A stretch of 64,000 nucleotides of DNA from Acidobacteriota bacterium. GTDB taxonomy: Bacteria; Acidobacteriota; UBA6911; RPQK01; JAJDTT01. Below are positions 40,115-49,835 of this stretch, one piece after another. A model generated the notes under the pieces. It did not search any database. It was given only the letters and a program-made list of their open reading frames with translations, and was not told the origin of the DNA. The position numbers and the translations under genes are program-made. Every line of letters begins with the position of its first letter. The first letter of the stretch is position 1. Where the stretch lies: the NCBI GenBank assembly GCA_965209055.1, contig OZ242374.1, positions 2,112,001 through 2,176,000 on the forward strand, in the 5' to 3' direction.

Positions 40115-41926
40115 TCAGCGATCCCAGGGAAACGCCAGCGTGGGACTCTGGGAGTAACGATCCAGAGACAAAACAAGTCGTCCGCCGCTCCCCGGCTTCA
40201 GCCGGACCCGGAAATGGGAGTCGTTCACCGGGGTCGCCCGGCCCCTGTGGTTCACCGAGAGGCATTGGTGCTCGGCGTAGCCGCCGGTTTGAACCACCAC
40301 TTCCCGTGCGTGTACGGGGCTCACGTTGACCAGCGTCAAGGTGACGGACCCTGGCCCGAGCTTTTCCACCAGTGCTCCCACGCCGGGCGGCAGGCCGGGC
40401 CGCCGGCGGTCCGGATCGAAATACCGCACCTGCGCATGGAGAGCATTCCCCGATCCCCCCGGGTAGTTGGCTCCCATCATCAGGTGCAGCAGCGAGGTGA
40501 CGGCGACGGTTCGGGCAAAACCGGTTGAGGACCGGGTGTCTCGAGTCGCTCCGTCCTCTCTCAGACGCTTCATCTGAAGGCCGATGACGGCGAAATCCTG
40601 TTGCAGAGCCTCCAGCGGGTAGCTGTCGTAGCGACCCTCCAGGTAGCGGATCCAGGGGTGGGCCGAGACCCGCCCGCGCTGGACCGGATCGACAGGATTG
40701 TCCAGAGACCAGAGATAGAGATCGACCTGCTCTTCCAGGTAGACGTTTTCGGTGTATCCGTACCAGCCGTCGTCTCCGTGCTTGTGAGGAATGAGAATCC
40801 GTCCGTTCTCCTCCCGGCCGGCCGCATACAGGTTGTCCATCTGGCGCCTGATGACGGCCGGGTATTCGCGATCTCCCGTCAATAGCAGGGCGATGCCGAA
40901 GCCGATGCGCGATCCCCGAATGAACATGTTGTTTCCCGGATTGGGTTGCCCCTCGCGATCGGGCGTGAACTCGTCGAAACGGGGACGAAAGTTCCAACCG
41001 TAGACTCCCCCGTACCACTTTCCGTCCCACTGCCCCCCGATTTGTCCGTCCAGGCCGATATTGGTGGGAATGTTGCCGCCGTTGGCCCGGGCCCTTTCCT
41101 TCCAGGCATCCACGTACTCCAGGATCCAGTTCCGGTACTTCTCCTCGTGGGTGAGCATGTAGGCCGTCATGGCCAGATGCGTGGCCATCAGGTTCAGAGG
41201 ATGGTCGCCGCTCAGGTCCACCATGTAGCCCTGGCGGGAGAACCGGAGGGTCCTTCGGGGCCGGCCCGGCCGGGAGTCGTGCCGGGGCCGGGGAGGTCCG
41301 GCCCAGTGGGCCTCGGTGGGTACTCCCAGCAGCGGCCCCCGGCTGCCGTTGAAGAGGCTCCGGATGATCTTGCGCTCCGGATCGTAGTTGGGAGCCGACG
41401 GGTCCTCGTCCATGTAGAAGGCGCTGAACCGCCGGGCGCGAATCAGGTACTGGGGATCCTTGGGGCGCGCCATCCCGTACCAGTACCAGCCCGCCATGCC
41501 TTCGCCGATGTGCTCCCAGTCGAAGGAAGGACAGAACTCCCGGTAGTACATCCCATCCCGGGTCGCCTCCACCAGCGGCTCCCGAGCCTCGGTGAACTGC
41601 TCCAGGTGCCCCTCCCAGATCTTCTTGTAGGTGGCGAGGACCGATTCGGATCCCCCCAGGATGTAGAGCAGCGGCCAGTGCCGGAACCTCTCCATGACGT
41701 CGTCGGCCCCGTCCATCCCGCCCCAGTTGGGCGTGATGGCCAGCCAGCCCCGCTCGTCCATGTACCTGTCGGCGAGCCGCCGGGCTTCTTCGGCATTGGC
41801 TTCCAGGAGAGCCCGTTGCGCCAGCGCCCACGCCGGCGGAGGCATGGGATCGTCCAAGGTGATCCGGGTCTCGGAGCGCACCGGCGTAGAGATGGCCAGG
41901 AAGAACAAAATGCCGAGTCGGCGCAT
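40115..41926 (-). CDS. Conserved hypothetical secreted protein
   Basis: GGAGG RBS, signal peptide, 603 aa with strong codon bias; motifs WGGMDGADD and DWEHIGEG. Confidence 0.75.
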   Translation of the reverse strand: MRRLGILFFLAISTPVRSETRITLDDPMPPPAWALAQRALLEANAEEARRLADRYMDERGWLAITPNWGGMDGADDVMERFRHWPLLYILGGSESVLATYKKIWEGHLEQFTEAREPLVEATRDGMYYREFCPSFDWEHIGEGMAGWYWYGMARPKDPQYLIRARRFSAFYMDEDPSAPNYDPERKIIRSLFNGSRGPLLGVPTEAHWAGPPRPRHDSRPGRPRRTLRFSRQGYMVDLSGDHPLNLMATHLAMTAYMLTHEEKYRNWILEYVDAWKERARANGGNIPTNIGLDGQIGGQWDGKWYGGVYGWNFRPRFDEFTPDREGQPNPGNNMFIRGSRIGFGIALLLTGDREYPAVIRRQMDNLYAAGREENGRILIPHKHGDDGWYGYTENVYLEEQVDLYLWSLDNPVDPVQRGRVSAHPWIRYLEGRYDSYPLEALQQDFAVIGLQMKRLREDGATRDTRSSTGFARTVAVTSLLHLMMGANYPGGSGNALHAQVRYFDPDRRRPGLPPGVGALVEKLGPGSVTLTLVNVSPVHAREVVVQTGGYAEHQCLSVNHRGRATPVNDSHFRVRLKPGSGGRLVLSLDRYSQSPTLAFPWDR

Positions 41927-42016
41927 TGGGAGTCCTCCGTACACGGCCGGAACAGGCCTAACGAAAGGGATTGACTTCTTCTTGCTTTTCCCAGCAATTG
42001 TAGTCACAAAGATCAC

Positions 42017-42349
42017 ATGGGTGAACCACTCGTCGTTGGGATCCGGGAGTTCAAGGCACGGTTGGGGACTTATCTCCGCTGGGTACGCGAAGGGCGCATC
42101 CTGACCATCACCGATCGGGGCCGGCCGGTGGCGGAAGTGACGCCGATCGAGTTTGACGGTGGTTCTGTGGAAGCACGTCTGGCTCGTTTACGGAGGCAGG
42201 GCCTGGTGACGGGCCAAGCGAAACCGATGCCGCCGATCCCCAAGCCGATCATGGGAAGAGGCCGGAGCTTCTCTGAGGCTGTCAGCGAAGATCGGGAGGA
42301 TCGAGTCCTCAGCGCATCAGGTAGTCCCAGCGGGCAGCGGCTCCCTTGA
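42017..42349 (+). CDS. Phd/YefM-family antitoxin, orphan
   Basis: VGIREFKARLGTYLRWVREGRILTITDRGRPVAEVTP...SEAVSEDREDR; no toxin follows. Confidence 0.85.
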   Translation: MGEPLVVGIREFKARLGTYLRWVREGRILTITDRGRPVAEVTPIEFDGGSVEARLARLRRQGLVTGQAKPMPPIPKPIMGRGRSFSEAVSEDREDRVLSASGSPSGQRLP

Positions 42350-44324
42350 CGACAAGGGGAACGTCCTGCGACAGCAGGTATCCCTGATCCATGAGCTGGA
42401 GGGCAACTTCGGTGACCCGGCCCAGGTACTCCTCCCGGCTATCGTACCTCTCCCGGATGGAGAGCCGGGGGTCACCCGCTTCGAGACGCTCCTCCTTGCT
42501 CCGGGCGAAGGGAATGTAGGAGCCGCGGAAGCTGCAGATTTCCGTCGGCGGACCCTGGCCGGGGCCGAAGAGGTTCCATCCCGCATACGTGGCCAGGGGG
42601 ACCGCCACTTCCGGAAGGCGGATCCCCGCCAGCTCGTTCCCGTCGGCGTCGACCTTGGGCACCAGAATCGGAAAGGGAGCGCCGACTCGCGGCGGCTGGA
42701 AGCTCACAATGCCCTCCGAACGAAACCGGGGGCCGTAATCCACCCGGTAGGCACGGTGGATTCTGGTGGGCACCCGGATGCCCGGCAACCGGGGAAACTC
42801 GAACTCGGGAAACGGGACCAGAGTGGCCTCGTCCAAGCGGGGATACCGGCTCGGCGGCGGAGTCGCTCCGTCGGCCACCCACCGATCCAGGGCCAGGAGC
42901 AGGGCGCGCATCGCCCAGCGGAAATCCAGCGGATTGTCCAGTTGCTGCCCCCTGGATCGGGAAGGAGGGAAGGGTCCCACGCCATGCTGGCTGCCCGTAA
43001 AATGGTAGTGGCGAACCTGGTCCATGAACTCCACGTCCCGGGTTCCGTCCACGGTGGTGTGAATCAGGGAAGAGGCGCGGCCCCAATATTCGTAGGAGGA
43101 GTTGGTGTAGAAGATCTTGGGGCAAAGCTCGGGCCGGGCGAAGTGGATGAGCAGTCCGTCGGTCTTCCCCGTCACCGGGTCGGTCTGGGCCCTGCCGGTG
43201 AAGGGGAAGATGTCGGTGGGATAGAAGAAGTTGGAGAAGGGCTGGGCGTCCCGCGACGGCTGTGCGAACCGGTGGTTGAAGCTGCCCCGACCGGCCCCCG
43301 CCACGTGCGGTATGAGTCCGTCGAAGACCCGCCGGTTCTGCTCGTCCGCGTTGAAACCCTGGTAGAGGAAGGTCCGCAGGAAGCGTCCGCTCTGCGAACT
43401 CCCGTACCCCAGGGCGCGGTTCAGGGCGGTCCGTGGAATGGACAGGTCCGGATCGCCTTCGTACTTGAGGTGGGAGATCATGTCTCGCACGGCCGTCGGG
43501 CCCAGTCCCACCAGGGGAGGATCCTGGCCCCGGTAGATCACTTCGTAAATCCGGCCGGGCTCGAATCCCCCTTCCAGAACGACATGAGTCGGGTCGGGCA
43601 CCGCCTGTCCCCCCTCCATTCGGGCGAACCGCCAGCGGTTCCTGGGAACGGGCTGGCGCTCACCCTCGACCTCATCCCGGACCGTCATGGAGTTCTCGGG
43701 GGCGTCGGGATCGGACACGGGGTACGGAATGTGGTTGCGGTCCGAGAGAATGTGGTGGTCGGCGCGGGTCTTGACCACGAAGTCGCATCGCACCAGGCCG
43801 GTGATGGGACGGTCCGGGTCCCGGGCGACGGCCGGGTAGACGCGAATGTTCCCCGACCGGTGGGGCGGGTCCAGTTGCCATCCCAGCCACAGCAGAGTGA
43901 AGCCCTGCCGCATGAGGAAGCCGTCTCCGAACTCCTCGCGGGTTTTGGGTGTCGGGCTGTACCGGGCCAGGTTGAAGTGTGCCACCAGGGCCTTCCCGCC
44001 CCGGTTGGAGACCTCGTAGAAAATGGCGCCGTTCCCTCGCTCCACCTGGACCGGTTTCAGCAGCGCCAGATCGGAGGAGAACTCAACCTCGCCCTGCTCG
44101 TTCCGGGGCGCCTTCCCGATGTCGGTGATGATCCGATTGGGTCCCACTTCGGGATCGACGGCGAAATGCACCCGTCCCGTGATTATTTCGTAGGGACCCA
44201 CGAGGGGATAGGGCTCGCCATCCAGGATCGGATTCCGTTCGTGGATCTCCACCCGGACGACGCGCGCCCACAGAGGGCTCAACGAAAAAAGTAGCGAAGA
44301 GATGACGATGAACAGGCGTGCCAT
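42309..44324 (-). CDS. Secreted alpha/beta-hydrolase-domain protein, copy 1
   Basis: EVSNRG, GWQ.D, YGSSQSGRFLR, YEYWGR, VDADGNE.AGIRLP; signal peptide. Confidence 0.85.
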   Translation of the reverse strand: MARLFIVISSLLFSLSPLWARVVRVEIHERNPILDGEPYPLVGPYEIITGRVHFAVDPEVGPNRIITDIGKAPRNEQGEVEFSSDLALLKPVQVERGNGAIFYEVSNRGGKALVAHFNLARYSPTPKTREEFGDGFLMRQGFTLLWLGWQLDPPHRSGNIRVYPAVARDPDRPITGLVRCDFVVKTRADHHILSDRNHIPYPVSDPDAPENSMTVRDEVEGERQPVPRNRWRFARMEGGQAVPDPTHVVLEGGFEPGRIYEVIYRGQDPPLVGLGPTAVRDMISHLKYEGDPDLSIPRTALNRALGYGSSQSGRFLRTFLYQGFNADEQNRRVFDGLIPHVAGAGRGSFNHRFAQPSRDAQPFSNFFYPTDIFPFTGRAQTDPVTGKTDGLLIHFARPELCPKIFYTNSSYEYWGRASSLIHTTVDGTRDVEFMDQVRHYHFTGSQHGVGPFPPSRSRGQQLDNPLDFRWAMRALLLALDRWVADGATPPPSRYPRLDEATLVPFPEFEFPRLPGIRVPTRIHRAYRVDYGPRFRSEGIVSFQPPRVGAPFPILVPKVDADGNELAGIRLPEVAVPLATYAGWNLFGPGQGPPTEICSFRGSYIPFARSKEERLEAGDPRLSIRERYDSREEYLGRVTEVALQLMDQGYLLSQDVPLVVKGAAARWDYLMR

Positions 44325-44331
44325 GCCGGCC

Positions 44332-44361
44332 ATTAGAGTCGGAGCGGGAGATGGGAGTCAA
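44332..44361 (-). promoter_or_regulatory. Probably leaderless promoter of hydrolase copy 1
   Basis: TTGACT-N18-TCTAAT-N7-ATG(44324); same layout in copy 2. Confidence 0.7.
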
Positions 44362-44430
44362 GAAGCCGGGAGGGTGACCTGACTTGATGGTCCGGCTGGA
44401 CGGGGTCCCTCGTTACCGGCGCCAGTATCG

Positions 44431-44466
44431 ATCGCTCAGTTCCGTCTTTGCGGGACGCTGAGCGAT
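44431..44466. terminator. Long intergenic hairpin (possible terminator)
   Basis: ATCGCTCAG...CTGAGCGAT arms with further internal pairing; no U tract. Confidence 0.3.
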
Positions 44467-44581
44467 TGCGCCGGGACCCGGCGCGACGAGCAGCCGAAAA
44501 TTCTCTTGCCGTACTCGTTCCGCGTCCTGGTGGCCACGGGTCTGCTTGGTCAGTCAAGCGTGCCCATGGCGGAAAAAGACG

Positions 44582-45007
44582 TCAGCCGAGCACAGTTTCG
44601 GCCACATCCTCTGCCTTGTTCACCAACATGATCGCAAGGACTATGACAATGACAACAGCAATCAAGAGCACCAGGATCATTCCCATGCCGCCGGCTCTGA
44701 ACTGCTCGTTCACCTGCCTGCTTTGCCGGGCCAGCTCCGCCAAAGTCTCGTTGTCCAGCGTGGGGACTGCAACCGCGACTTTCTCCAGGTCGAAAAGGTG
44801 CCCCACGTGATCTTGAACCCCCTGGTCACGGAGCAGCGTCTGGACTTCGCGAATGTTGCCGGCGCGTTCGGCCGTTAGTGCCGCGACCTGGTCCCGCAAC
44901 TCCTCGATCGATACCAGGTGAACCGTTTTCTGTGCCGGGAGGGGACCGGCCTGCAAGCTGGTATGTGAGACCAAGAGGACCGAAAGGAACAAGGATATGG
45001 CTTTCAC
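44582..45007 (-). CDS. PA2779-like exported protein with C-terminal membrane helix
   Basis: GGAGG RBS + GTG, signal peptide, VPTLDNETLAELA...AGG + hydrophobic tail. Confidence 0.65.
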   Translation of the reverse strand: MKAISLFLSVLLVSHTSLQAGPLPAQKTVHLVSIEELRDQVAALTAERAGNIREVQTLLRDQGVQDHVGHLFDLEKVAVAVPTLDNETLAELARQSRQVNEQFRAGGMGMILVLLIAVVIVIVLAIMLVNKAEDVAETVLG

Positions 45008-45228
45008 TGTCTACCTCCTCTGCATCTGAATCGCTGGCAGTATAACGCCACGGAAGTGAAACATCGTGCGCGGGTTGAGATCGAGGGCCGGGATAGGCCT
45101 CGAGATCCGGATCCAGTGATCCCAACCGGCCGATTTTTTCGCCCGGGTCCTCGTGTCCGGATGGGCTGATTGACACTCTCGGTTCAGATGAGCTATGCAT
45201 TCTTCACGTTCCCCCATTGAGAGCCGAA

Positions 45229-45600
45229 ATGAACTGGAAGCATGTCAGCATCAAGGCCTTGGTTGTCATTGGCGCGATCATGGTCTGCGGATCTGTGGCG
45301 GGCATGGTGTTGGCAAACTATATGATCCACCTTTTCGGCACGAAGCTCATTTATTCGCAGGGACTCGGCGTTGCTATGTGGGGCACGATTTGGGGGGTGA
45401 TCTGGCTCGTGGATACCCATCACCTCTCCATGTCCCGAAAGGCGCTGTCTGCAGCCGATCCCGCGACTGCGAAAAAACATCTGGGACGAATCCGAATCCT
45501 GCGTAGCAAGGAGGAGTCGATCAGGCGGGAGCATGGCTTGATACGTCCCTATTCCGACCCGGGCCGGCCCCTGGGCCTGGACTCTCGCAAGGGGGAATAA
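45229..45600 (+). CDS. Small membrane protein (two hydrophobic segments)
   Basis: Two hydrophobic stretches followed by a basic tail; no family recognised. Confidence 0.5.
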   Translation: MNWKHVSIKALVVIGAIMVCGSVAGMVLANYMIHLFGTKLIYSQGLGVAMWGTIWGVIWLVDTHHLSMSRKALSAADPATAKKHLGRIRILRSKEESIRREHGLIRPYSDPGRPLGLDSRKGE

Positions 45601-45683
45601 TGGGAGGCGGTCGCATGCAAGAATCTTGGCGCCCCTCTGAGAGAAGGTGGAATCGGCAACGCGATCAAGAGCATCGAGGTGTG

Positions 45684-46298
45684 ATGGCAGACGTGTCCCG
45701 TGGCTTGGTGCTCCTGCTGTTGTTCGGCGCGGCGAGTGCCTGGGTTCACACTCAGGATCGCTGGAGCGTCGCGGAAGAGGAGATCGTGCGCCTGGCTCCC
45801 GCGGCATTCGAAAAGGTTCCGGCGGCGATCCGGAAGGGACTTTCCGACCTGGGTTGCTCGATCCCTCAGGCCTGGGACAACGCATCAGGCAAGAACGATC
45901 ACGGCTGCTCGATCCCTCCACCCCGAGGCAGCGACCAGCCGCACAACGTCGTCTCAGGCGAATTCATGGAAGCCGGCCAGACGCTGTGGGCCGCGCTCTG
46001 CTCTCGCAATCGAACATCAGCCATCATTGTGATCGATGAAAACGGGCGAGTTCGGGCCGAACTCGCATCGGCCCCGGACCGGAGTTATCTGCAAGGTATC
46101 GGGTGCGGAAAGATCGCCTATTCGCGCTGGTTGAGCCCGGCCGGGGCTGATTTCATCCTGTCCGTCTACCATGCCTACGGAGGACGGAAGCCACCGCCGA
46201 TCGATCATCAAGGTATCGACAATGCCTTTCTCGAAAAGGCCTCCACGGTGCACTACTTCCACGAAGGAAAGTGGCTGCGGTTGGCTGGTGCGGACTGA
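45684..46298 (+). CDS. Hypothetical secreted protein
   Basis: GAGGT RBS, signal peptide MADVSRGLVLLLLFGAASA; several Cys. Confidence 0.65.
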   Translation: MADVSRGLVLLLLFGAASAWVHTQDRWSVAEEEIVRLAPAAFEKVPAAIRKGLSDLGCSIPQAWDNASGKNDHGCSIPPPRGSDQPHNVVSGEFMEAGQTLWAALCSRNRTSAIIVIDENGRVRAELASAPDRSYLQGIGCGKIAYSRWLSPAGADFILSVYHAYGGRKPPPIDHQGIDNAFLEKASTVHYFHEGKWLRLAGAD

Positions 46299-46532
46299 GT
46301 CGCCGAGACATCCCCTTTCCGGTCCCTTCGATCTGGCCGGGCCTTCCATTTGAAATCACGACACGCCGGGACGAACCTTGGACATCGCGTGCCGGCGATT
46401 CTCTTCCGGATTTCGCACGGGAGAAGGACAGCCACGTTTTCGGTCCCTCTTGCGCTGTTATACAGATTCTCAACTGCGGGCTAGATTCGATTTTTGTTCC
46501 GGAATCGAAATTTTTTTGGACATTGCTTAGTG

Positions 46533-46567
46533 GTACGACCGGATCTGGCGTATCTGCTTGCTAGACT
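46533..46567 (+). promoter_or_regulatory. DriD-type operator plus extended -10 upstream of the AAA+ ATPase
   Basis: GTACGAC-N7-GGCGTAT (46533-46553) then TGcTAGACT (46559-46567); GGAGG RBS at 46587. Confidence 0.7.
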
Positions 46568-46597
46568 CCCTCGACTCGTCGTTGGCGGAGGCAAGCG

Positions 46598-48688
46598 ATG
46601 CAGAACATCTATGAACGGCGGCTGATCCTGTCATACCTCTCGAACCTGGTTTCGCGCTGTCATCACAGTTCCCGTGCGGCCCGCAAACTGGCCGATTGCG
46701 TCGCCGAGTGGGGTGACCTGCTGGTGATCGTGGATTGCTCCGGCAGACGGACTGCAGAAAGACTCTGCACCTGTTCCCACGGAAAACTGTCAGCAACACG
46801 TTGGCAGCAGATAAAGGACATCCTCAAGGGCCAGCAAGAGGTGACGAGACGTGTACGCGGCGACCGGACGGCGGTCCGGCTCCGGCGCCTCGGGCGCGAA
46901 ATGCAGCTTTCTCGAACGGATATCGCGATTCTCGAATTTCTGCTGCGCTACGAATCGAAACCGCCCTTCGAGTCCTTCATCGACGACATTGGCCTTGCAT
47001 ACTACCGAACGTGGCGGAGTGCCTTTTCGATCGGTTGCCGTCCACTGATGGATTTTCTCGGTTTGTCGTCCGGCTCGTGTCGGGCCCGTTTTGCTACGGA
47101 CGCACCGCTCGTGAAGTCGGGCCTTTTGTCCATCACCTCCGATGGGACAATTCAACCCATCGCCCGATTGCATCGGCTCGTTTATACGCCTGGGAACGCC
47201 AGGATCGATGCGCGGAGGCTACTGTTTGACGTGGGTCCTCCGAGCGAACTTGAGTGGTCGGATTTCGAACATGTCGCTGAAAGCCGAGACCACGCCGAAC
47301 GCTTGATCAAGGGTGCGCTTCAGGCTCGCGAACCGGGCGTCAACATCTTGATCTACGGTTCGCCGGGGACCGGCAAGACCCAGTTCTGTAGAACCCTGGC
47401 CCGTCGGCTGAACGTGAAGCTCTACAGCATAGGCGAAATGGACGAGGGTGGGGACGAGCCCACTCGTGTCGAAAGGCTTCAGGAACTGCGGCTGGCGCAA
47501 CGCCTGCTGTCAAGCGGCCAAGATTCGATTCTGTTGTTCGACGAAATGGAAGATCTACTTTCCAATCCGGTTTCCAGGAGCGCGACGTTCATTATGAAGA
47601 TCAATCGGCGTCCGACTCGGCGCAATTGGCGTCAGGCATATGGTTCGAAGGTATTCATGAACCGGTTGCTGGAGCAGAATGCGGTGCCTACATTGTGGAC
47701 CTCCAACTCCGCCCGGCAGACCTGTCCCACTCTGCTCCGTCGTATGATGTTCGCCTTGGAAATGCGCCAACCCTCGCCTCGGGTCCGGGCCCGGATCTGG
47801 GCTCGTCAGCTCGCCAACCACGGTATCGAAGCGAGTCGCGAGGAGGCGAACTCTCTGGCCAGGGAGTACGACGTGCCGCCGGGTGTGGCAGCCGGAGTCA
47901 CCGCCGCCGCCCGACTTGTTGATGGAGGCGATATCGCGACGGTCCACTGCGGAGTGCGCAGCCTGTCGCGGCTGCTGGTGGGCGAAACCCCTCCTCAACA
48001 GGTACCGCACGAGTTTGAGCCCGCCCTGATTAATGCGGATATCGATCCGGCAGTGCTTGCCGATCGCTTGGCCGAGCGCGGGGCGAGGCGGGTTTCTCTT
48101 TGTCTGAATGGACCGCCCGGCACCGGGAAGAGCGCGTATGTCCGCTACTTGGCCGAGCGGGTTGGATTGGAGGTCGTGCAAAAACGTGCGTCCGACCTGA
48201 TGTCCATGTGGGTGGGGGCCACCGAGAAGCAAATCGCCACCGCCTTCGCCGAGGCGCGCGACGCAAGACAATTTCTCGTATTCGATGAAGCCGACTCGCT
48301 GCTCGCCGACCGGAGGTTTGCTCAGCGCTCATGGGAGGTGAGTCAAGTCAACGAAATGCTGACCTGGATGGAAAGTCATCCCCTGCCGTTCGCCTGCACC
48401 ACCAACTTCAGCGAGCACCTTGACCCTGCGACCTTGCGACGTTTTGATTTCAAGATCGCGCTTGACTACCTGCGTCCCAGGCAGGCGATGGCGGCCTTCC
48501 GCACCTTCTTCGGCCTCGCGCCGCCGCCGGAAATCACAGGTCTCGCCAACCTCACGCCGGGCGATTTTTCCGGGGTTCGCCGGCAGGCTGAGATACTCGA
48601 TCAGTTGGAAGACCCGGAGGTCCTCTACGGCATGCTGCGCCAGGAGTGCGAAGCCAAACCAGATCGTCCGACGGCGGTTGGTTTCTGA
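46598..48688 (+). CDS. Tandem (two-module) AAA+ ATPase
   Basis: GSPGTGKT / LLFDEME / LLRRM and GPPGTGKS / pore loop MWVG / LVFDEAD / TTNF..HLDPATLRRF. Confidence 0.93.
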   Translation: MQNIYERRLILSYLSNLVSRCHHSSRAARKLADCVAEWGDLLVIVDCSGRRTAERLCTCSHGKLSATRWQQIKDILKGQQEVTRRVRGDRTAVRLRRLGREMQLSRTDIAILEFLLRYESKPPFESFIDDIGLAYYRTWRSAFSIGCRPLMDFLGLSSGSCRARFATDAPLVKSGLLSITSDGTIQPIARLHRLVYTPGNARIDARRLLFDVGPPSELEWSDFEHVAESRDHAERLIKGALQAREPGVNILIYGSPGTGKTQFCRTLARRLNVKLYSIGEMDEGGDEPTRVERLQELRLAQRLLSSGQDSILLFDEMEDLLSNPVSRSATFIMKINRRPTRRNWRQAYGSKVFMNRLLEQNAVPTLWTSNSARQTCPTLLRRMMFALEMRQPSPRVRARIWARQLANHGIEASREEANSLAREYDVPPGVAAGVTAAARLVDGGDIATVHCGVRSLSRLLVGETPPQQVPHEFEPALINADIDPAVLADRLAERGARRVSLCLNGPPGTGKSAYVRYLAERVGLEVVQKRASDLMSMWVGATEKQIATAFAEARDARQFLVFDEADSLLADRRFAQRSWEVSQVNEMLTWMESHPLPFACTTNFSEHLDPATLRRFDFKIALDYLRPRQAMAAFRTFFGLAPPPEITGLANLTPGDFSGVRRQAEILDQLEDPEVLYGMLRQECEAKPDRPTAVGF

Positions 48689-48776
48689 AGCTCATGGGGT
48701 GCGAGCGACCTTCCCGGACGAGAGTCACGGGTCGGGCAAGGCCGAACGTCCGGGGATAGACAAAGGAATCGGCGGA

Positions 48777-49835
48777 ATGCGTTACCAACGGGTTATTGAC
48801 ATTGTGCGCTTGGCGATTCAGCTCCAGGGAACGTTGGGCGGATTGACGTTGAATGGTATTTCCGAAAGGTTCCGCGTCAGCCGCCGTACGGCGGAACGGA
48901 TGCGCAATGCAGTCGATGCAGCGTTTGGTCCGCTTCAGTTGGTGGACAGAGACGACAGGCGGCGCCACTGGCAGCTCCGATCCAGCGCCCTATGCCGGTT
49001 TATCCGAATTTCAGCGGAGGAGTTGGCGGAAATCGATTCCGCAGCTAAGTCTCTGGACCGGACGGGGCTCGTCGAACGGGCTGTCATGCTCCGGGAGCTG
49101 GCGGAAAAGCTCCGCGCCCTGCGGCGACCCCTCGCCGCAGAGGAGTTCGATGCCGACCTGGAGGTGCTTATGCGGGCTGAAGGACTCGCCATGCGCCCCG
49201 GCCCCAGACCTCACGTCGAGAAAGGGCTGCTTTCGTTGCTGCGCGATGCCATCAAGGCGAGACGCGCGGTGGAATTTGACTACTTCTCACAGTCGACGGA
49301 ACGGTGCAGTTTGCAGCGGGTCCAGCCCTACGGCGTCCTCTACGGAAACCGGGCGTTCCTGGTCGCATGGACGGATTGGGCAGACGACATGCGGCTTTGG
49401 CGGCTCGGGAACATCAGTAATGTCCGCGCGACCGGCGAAACCTTTGAGCGTGACCGGTCATTCGATTTGCGGCGCTACGCAGAGCGCTCGTTTGGCACCT
49501 TCCAAGAATCACCCGTCGAGGTGGTCTTGCGTTTCGACGCCGGGGTGGCCGGCGATGCAGCCGCATTCCTGTTTCATCCGAGCCAGTCCCTCACCAGGCA
49601 CCGTGATGGCTCGCTGACAGTGCGTTTCAAAGCCGGCGGCCTCGACGAGATGTGCTGGCATCTCTTCACTTGGGGCGACAGCGTCACGGTGGAAAACCCG
49701 GCCAGCTTGCGCCGCCGCCTGGCCCAGATGTGCGCTTCTCTCGCGGCTCACCATGATGCGCGGAGCGCCCTAAGAGACGCTCCGGCGACTGATCCGGACC
49801 TTCCCACAATTCCCAAATTTAGGAGAGAGCCATGA
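48777..49835 (+). CDS. driD: HTH-WYL-WCX transcriptional regulator, DriD-like
   Basis: GLTL...VSRRTAERMRNAV, AEELA, RPGPRP, PYGVLYG..AFLVA, SFG, FHPSQ, DGSLTVRFKAGG..EMCWHLFTWGDSV match my recollection of Caulobacter DriD. Confidence 0.85.
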   Translation: MRYQRVIDIVRLAIQLQGTLGGLTLNGISERFRVSRRTAERMRNAVDAAFGPLQLVDRDDRRRHWQLRSSALCRFIRISAEELAEIDSAAKSLDRTGLVERAVMLRELAEKLRALRRPLAAEEFDADLEVLMRAEGLAMRPGPRPHVEKGLLSLLRDAIKARRAVEFDYFSQSTERCSLQRVQPYGVLYGNRAFLVAWTDWADDMRLWRLGNISNVRATGETFERDRSFDLRRYAERSFGTFQESPVEVVLRFDAGVAGDAAAFLFHPSQSLTRHRDGSLTVRFKAGGLDEMCWHLFTWGDSVTVENPASLRRRLAQMCASLAAHHDARSALRDAPATDPDLPTIPKFRREP

